This document shows, in pieces, positions 61,027 through 64,000 of a DNA stretch of 64,000 bases (its first letter is position 1; each line of letters starts with the position of its first letter). This DNA is from Candidatus Poribacteria bacterium (GTDB lineage: Bacteria > Poribacteria > WGA-4E > WGA-3G): assembly GCA_965198235.1 (NCBI GenBank), contig OZ240248.1, forward strand, positions 1,504,001 to 1,568,000. The letters are read 5' to 3'. Both the position numbers and the translations under genes were made by a program. The notes beneath the pieces were generated by a model. It saw only the letters and a list, made by a program, of their open reading frames with translations. It was not told the origin of the DNA and made no database searches.

Positions 61027-61383
61027 ATGAAAATAACGTTCAGAGACCTCGGTAGAATTCTGCGATGTAGTTTTCAACTGAAATGTCCACAGTGTGGTGA
61101 AGGCGCACTGTTTCGAACGTATCTCAGGATGTTTACCCACTGCGTAGTATGTGATTTGAAGTTTGAACGAGAATCCGGTTACTTTATCGGCGCGATGTAC
61201 CTCAATTACGGCGCGACAGTCCTCATCACTTTTCCAAGCTATTTCCTATTTGAGAAGTTTACTTCTATTCCTTTCTACGTTAATTTTAGTGTGTGGGCAC
61301 TGTTTTCCGCTATCTTCCCCGTTTTCTTCTACCGTTATTCAAAGAGTTTGTGGCTGAACTTTGATTACATCTTTTCGTCTTAG
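61027..61383 (+). CDS. DUF983-like Zn-ribbon membrane protein
   Basis: CPQCGEG.LF, C..C, E.GYFIGAMY, two TM segments. Confidence 0.8.
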   Translation: MKITFRDLGRILRCSFQLKCPQCGEGALFRTYLRMFTHCVVCDLKFERESGYFIGAMYLNYGATVLITFPSYFLFEKFTSIPFYVNFSVWALFSAIFPVFFYRYSKSLWLNFDYIFSS

Positions 61384-61526
61384 TACTGCTGGGTGGAAAT
61401 TCTTAAAATCCCCGAACTTCTACTCGGGTCGTTCAAATTCATTGAAGACTCGATTTTGACAGGGGTCCCCATAGCGATCAGCGTATGGGGCTGAAAAACC
61501 GGAGCGAAAACGCAATCGTTAAAAAA

Positions 61527-62276
61527 TCATCTCGTGAAAATCTGACCGCGAGCGTAGGAAGCTGCATCGGACGCGAGGAACGTGAGTACCCGTGCAACCC
61601 CGGCTGGATCACCAAGTGAATTGCGGGCATTAGCAACCGCCGCATCTGGATCTTGTCCATCCCGCTTTGCCGATTCTGCGATCTGTCCCAGTTTGAGTGG
61701 GGTCGCAAGTCCGCCAGGGCAGATAGTATGCATACGGATGTTCATTGACGCAACCTGATTTTCTACCGTCATTACAAGCCCATTGACACCACCCTTGCTG
61801 GAAGCGTAAGCAACCGAGGAACTTCCACCGCGAACCCCCGCACCGGAAGCGATACACAGGATAACACCGCCACCTCTTTTCATTATTGGGACAGCATGTT
61901 TGAGAGCGAAAAAAGTGCCTTTGAGATTCACGTCGATAACTGAATCAAAAGTTGCGGCTTCAAAATCATCGATGCGAACACTCGGTCCACGCAGAACACC
62001 TGCGGAAGTTACCAAGATGTCAATCCCACCGTATTCCGTATCAGCGATTCCCATCAAATCCGCTATTTCAGTTTCGACGGTGACATCGGTACGTTGAAAC
62101 TTGGCAATCCCACCTGCCTCAACAATTGTACTGAGTGTTTTTTGAGCGTCTTCTTCATTGATGTCGCCGAAGACGACTTTCGCCCCTGCTTTAGCATATT
62201 CAATTGCGGTTGCTGCACCAATACCTGTGGATGCGCCAGTGATCACAGCCACCTTATCGTTAAGTCGAATATCCAT
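61527..62276 (-). CDS. Short-chain dehydrogenase/reductase
   Basis: TGASTGIG, NLKG, YASSK. AAGGAG precedes ATG 62276. Confidence 0.92.
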   Translation of the reverse strand: MDIRLNDKVAVITGASTGIGAATAIEYAKAGAKVVFGDINEEDAQKTLSTIVEAGGIAKFQRTDVTVETEIADLMGIADTEYGGIDILVTSAGVLRGPSVRIDDFEAATFDSVIDVNLKGTFFALKHAVPIMKRGGGVILCIASGAGVRGGSSSVAYASSKGGVNGLVMTVENQVASMNIRMHTICPGGLATPLKLGQIAESAKRDGQDPDAAVANARNSLGDPAGVARVLTFLASDAASYARGQIFTR

Positions 62277-62436
62277 ATTTTGTCTCCTTGAAAATGACAG
62301 GAATAATCTCCATATCATTGGATTCAGTAGTAAAGATTATAGGCGGAATGTGTTGATAGGGCAAGTTTTTTGTCTTGACACAAGGGGAGGCGCAAGTAAG
62401 GTTTACGATGTTGGATGGGAATCACTAAGTGGATAG

Positions 62437-63237
62437 CTAACTTTTAAACTGGAAGCGGTAAGGAATACGGAGACGCTGACTGACAACCATTTTGCCCCGT
62501 TTCGCTGGCACGAATCGGGACGCTTTGAGTGCCGTAATTGCTGCTTCTTCACACCCTAACCCACTAACCTCGATCACCTTGATAACTTTGATGTTTCTCG
62601 CTATGCCATCTGTACCGATTGTCGCTTCAAGCACAACGAGTCCCTCCTTGTGGGAAAGGCGAGCAGATTCAGGGTATATCGGATCGATTTTGCGGAAGAA
62701 CCGGGCATCTTGTGTTGGTTCATCCTGCAGTGCCGGAACTGATGGAAGTTCGGAGACTTCAGCACTCGCAATAACAGTTGGTGTCAATGTCCACTCTGGA
62801 CGTGGTATCCGTTTAGGTGTCAGACGTATCCGTTGTGAGCCACGATCCGGTGACCGGAGAGGTAAGCTGCGCTGAAGTATTTTCCCACCGTCTATTCCAA
62901 TGTCTGTCGGAGTTGTCTGATAAACAGTCGAAACCGGAAGCGTATCAACGACGAGTTGCGTCTGGCTTTGTGGTGTGTGGACGACGTTTGAAATCGTCCG
63001 AATACGCTGTGGCTGTGAGCGAATGAAATCTGGCTGTGTTAATGCTGGCACTTTGGGTTTCCGACGTGGCTCGAGCATAGGTTTTGTCTCCGAGAGCGAG
63101 ACAAATTCAGCGACAATCGCATCGCCATGTTTATCTACTGTCCCGACGATAGATAGAGCTGCGACCGCAACGCCTATCAAGTGAACGCAGATAGATAAAG
63201 ATACAGACTTGTTCAGAAATTGGATAGACTTGTTCAT
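62437..63237 (-). CDS. TonB family energy transducer
   Basis: N-terminal TM with S...H motif, Pro-rich linker, PIYPESAR...EG.V.L..I..DG, F.PA. Confidence 0.88.
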   Translation of the reverse strand: MNKSIQFLNKSVSLSICVHLIGVAVAALSIVGTVDKHGDAIVAEFVSLSETKPMLEPRRKPKVPALTQPDFIRSQPQRIRTISNVVHTPQSQTQLVVDTLPVSTVYQTTPTDIGIDGGKILQRSLPLRSPDRGSQRIRLTPKRIPRPEWTLTPTVIASAEVSELPSVPALQDEPTQDARFFRKIDPIYPESARLSHKEGLVVLEATIGTDGIARNIKVIKVIEVSGLGCEEAAITALKASRFVPAKRGKMVVSQRLRIPYRFQFKS

Positions 63238-63387
63238 AATTTAAACACTTGTTTACTGACTTCGTATCGGTGAGTTACGTTCAGTACAGTGGTGGTGTAT
63301 ACTTTACAACTTCGTTTCTGCAAACGGAGCGAGTGTTTACACTAAATGTAGCAAAATCCGTGCCAATCTTCTGAGTTAATAAATAAC

Positions 63388-63416
63388 TTGACAAACTTCT
63401 AAAAGTAGAGTATAAT
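63388..63416 (+). promoter_or_regulatory. Consensus sigma70 promoter
   Basis: TTGACA-17 nt-TATAAT. Confidence 0.8.
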
Positions 63417-63555
63417 ATGATTGGACTGGTCGCTTCAATATAGTTTATGCTAATCCAATAATGGACAGAATGCGCAATAAATTGCGCTACTACGAACCTC
63501 ACCGTGAAAAAGACAGGTAATGCTGAATTTCATGTAAATCTGTCCGTCTAAATTT

Positions 63556-63677
63556 CTATGCAGTCAGGGCAGTGTCTGCTGCAGGAGACTGTGTAAGACT
63601 TTCCGTATGAAAGCAACAGTTGTTGATCGCAAGAAAGCTTCTTCGGAAGCCTCCTGCTTTAGCAGGGGGTCTGTCAC
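63556..63677 (+). mobile_element. Orphan IS200/IS605-type right end (TnpB omegaRNA-like remnant), no tnpA/tnpB in window
   Basis: GGAGA..GTAAGAC...GCAA...TTGA..CAAGAA...GAAGC, hairpin CTCCTGCT-TT-AGCAGGGG, terminal GTCAC. Confidence 0.55.
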
Positions 63678-63739
63678 AATAGGCGATTGAATTCATCGTG
63701 ATAGGCAATGTCAGAATTAAACGAGGAGGGATAATATCC

Positions 63740-63973
63740 ATGGAAGTGAAAATTGAATACTGCACCGCTTGAAACTACCAACCACGGGCAGCCAGTTTGG
63801 CAGATGCCTTGAAACAGAAATATGGTACGGCGGTTAAAACAGTCGATCTGATCTCCGGTAGTGGTGGGGCTTTTGAAGTCTCCTTGAACGGAACACTGCT
63901 CTATTCGAAGTTAGAAACCGGACAGTTTCCGACGACAGAGCAGATAACAACCGCAATGGACGCGGCGGCATAA
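63740..63973 (+). CDS. SelW/SelT/Rdx family selenoprotein (CxxU), in-frame TGA at 63770-63772
   Basis: GAGGAGG RBS; MEVKIEYCTA-U-NYQPRAASLA...GSGGAFEV..NG.LLYSK..G.FP; downstream hairpin GGCA-GCCA-GTT-TGGC-AGA-TGCC. Confidence 0.9.
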
Positions 63974-64000
63974 CCAGCGTCTCTGGAAGGGCGGAGGTGG

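Noticed and set aside
63281-63765. Minus-strand ORFs 63281..63502 and 63556..63765
   Set aside because: They overlap a promoter, a REP and the IS-end remnant, and show no protein-like features.
1-64000. Numerous short antisense or overlapping ORFs; tRNA and rRNA genes
   Set aside because: The short ORFs lie within well-supported genes in other frames. No cloverleaf or rRNA-like segment was recognised by eye.

Overview
Bacterial chromosomal window, most likely Candidatus Poribacteria or a relative. This is inferred from three secreted proteins with a dockerin-like pair plus an 'NYPNPFNPETWIPY' C-terminal domain, two 'KLxTxWGxxK'-tailed paralogs, and many PhyH, enolase and sulfatase genes. Positions 1-31 kb hold catabolic and housekeeping genes (frameshifted acyl-CoA ligase, dehydrogenases, archease, thrC, recD2), a decayed methyltransferase/GIY-YIG islet and a 1403-aa WD40/metzincin/YWTD protein. 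A hen1-pnkp RNA repair operon (34-38 kb) follows a structured leader. Positions 38-61 kb hold a surface-polysaccharide locus with four sulfotransferases, a flippase, a polymerase, Wzi, a GH-A hydrolase and a sulfatase. At the right end, an orphan IS200/IS605 (TnpB omegaRNA-like) right end precedes a CxxU SelW/Rdx selenoprotein that the ORF track missed. The most unusual signal is non-coding: a nested, modular repeat system. It comprises a polar element with covarying GNA-triloop hairpins at start/stop codons, variable-length G/T-rich 'stutter' tracts inserted into other repeats, and repeats carried in frame inside proteins. No rRNA, tRNA or CRISPR array was seen. All calls are by eye, without database searches.
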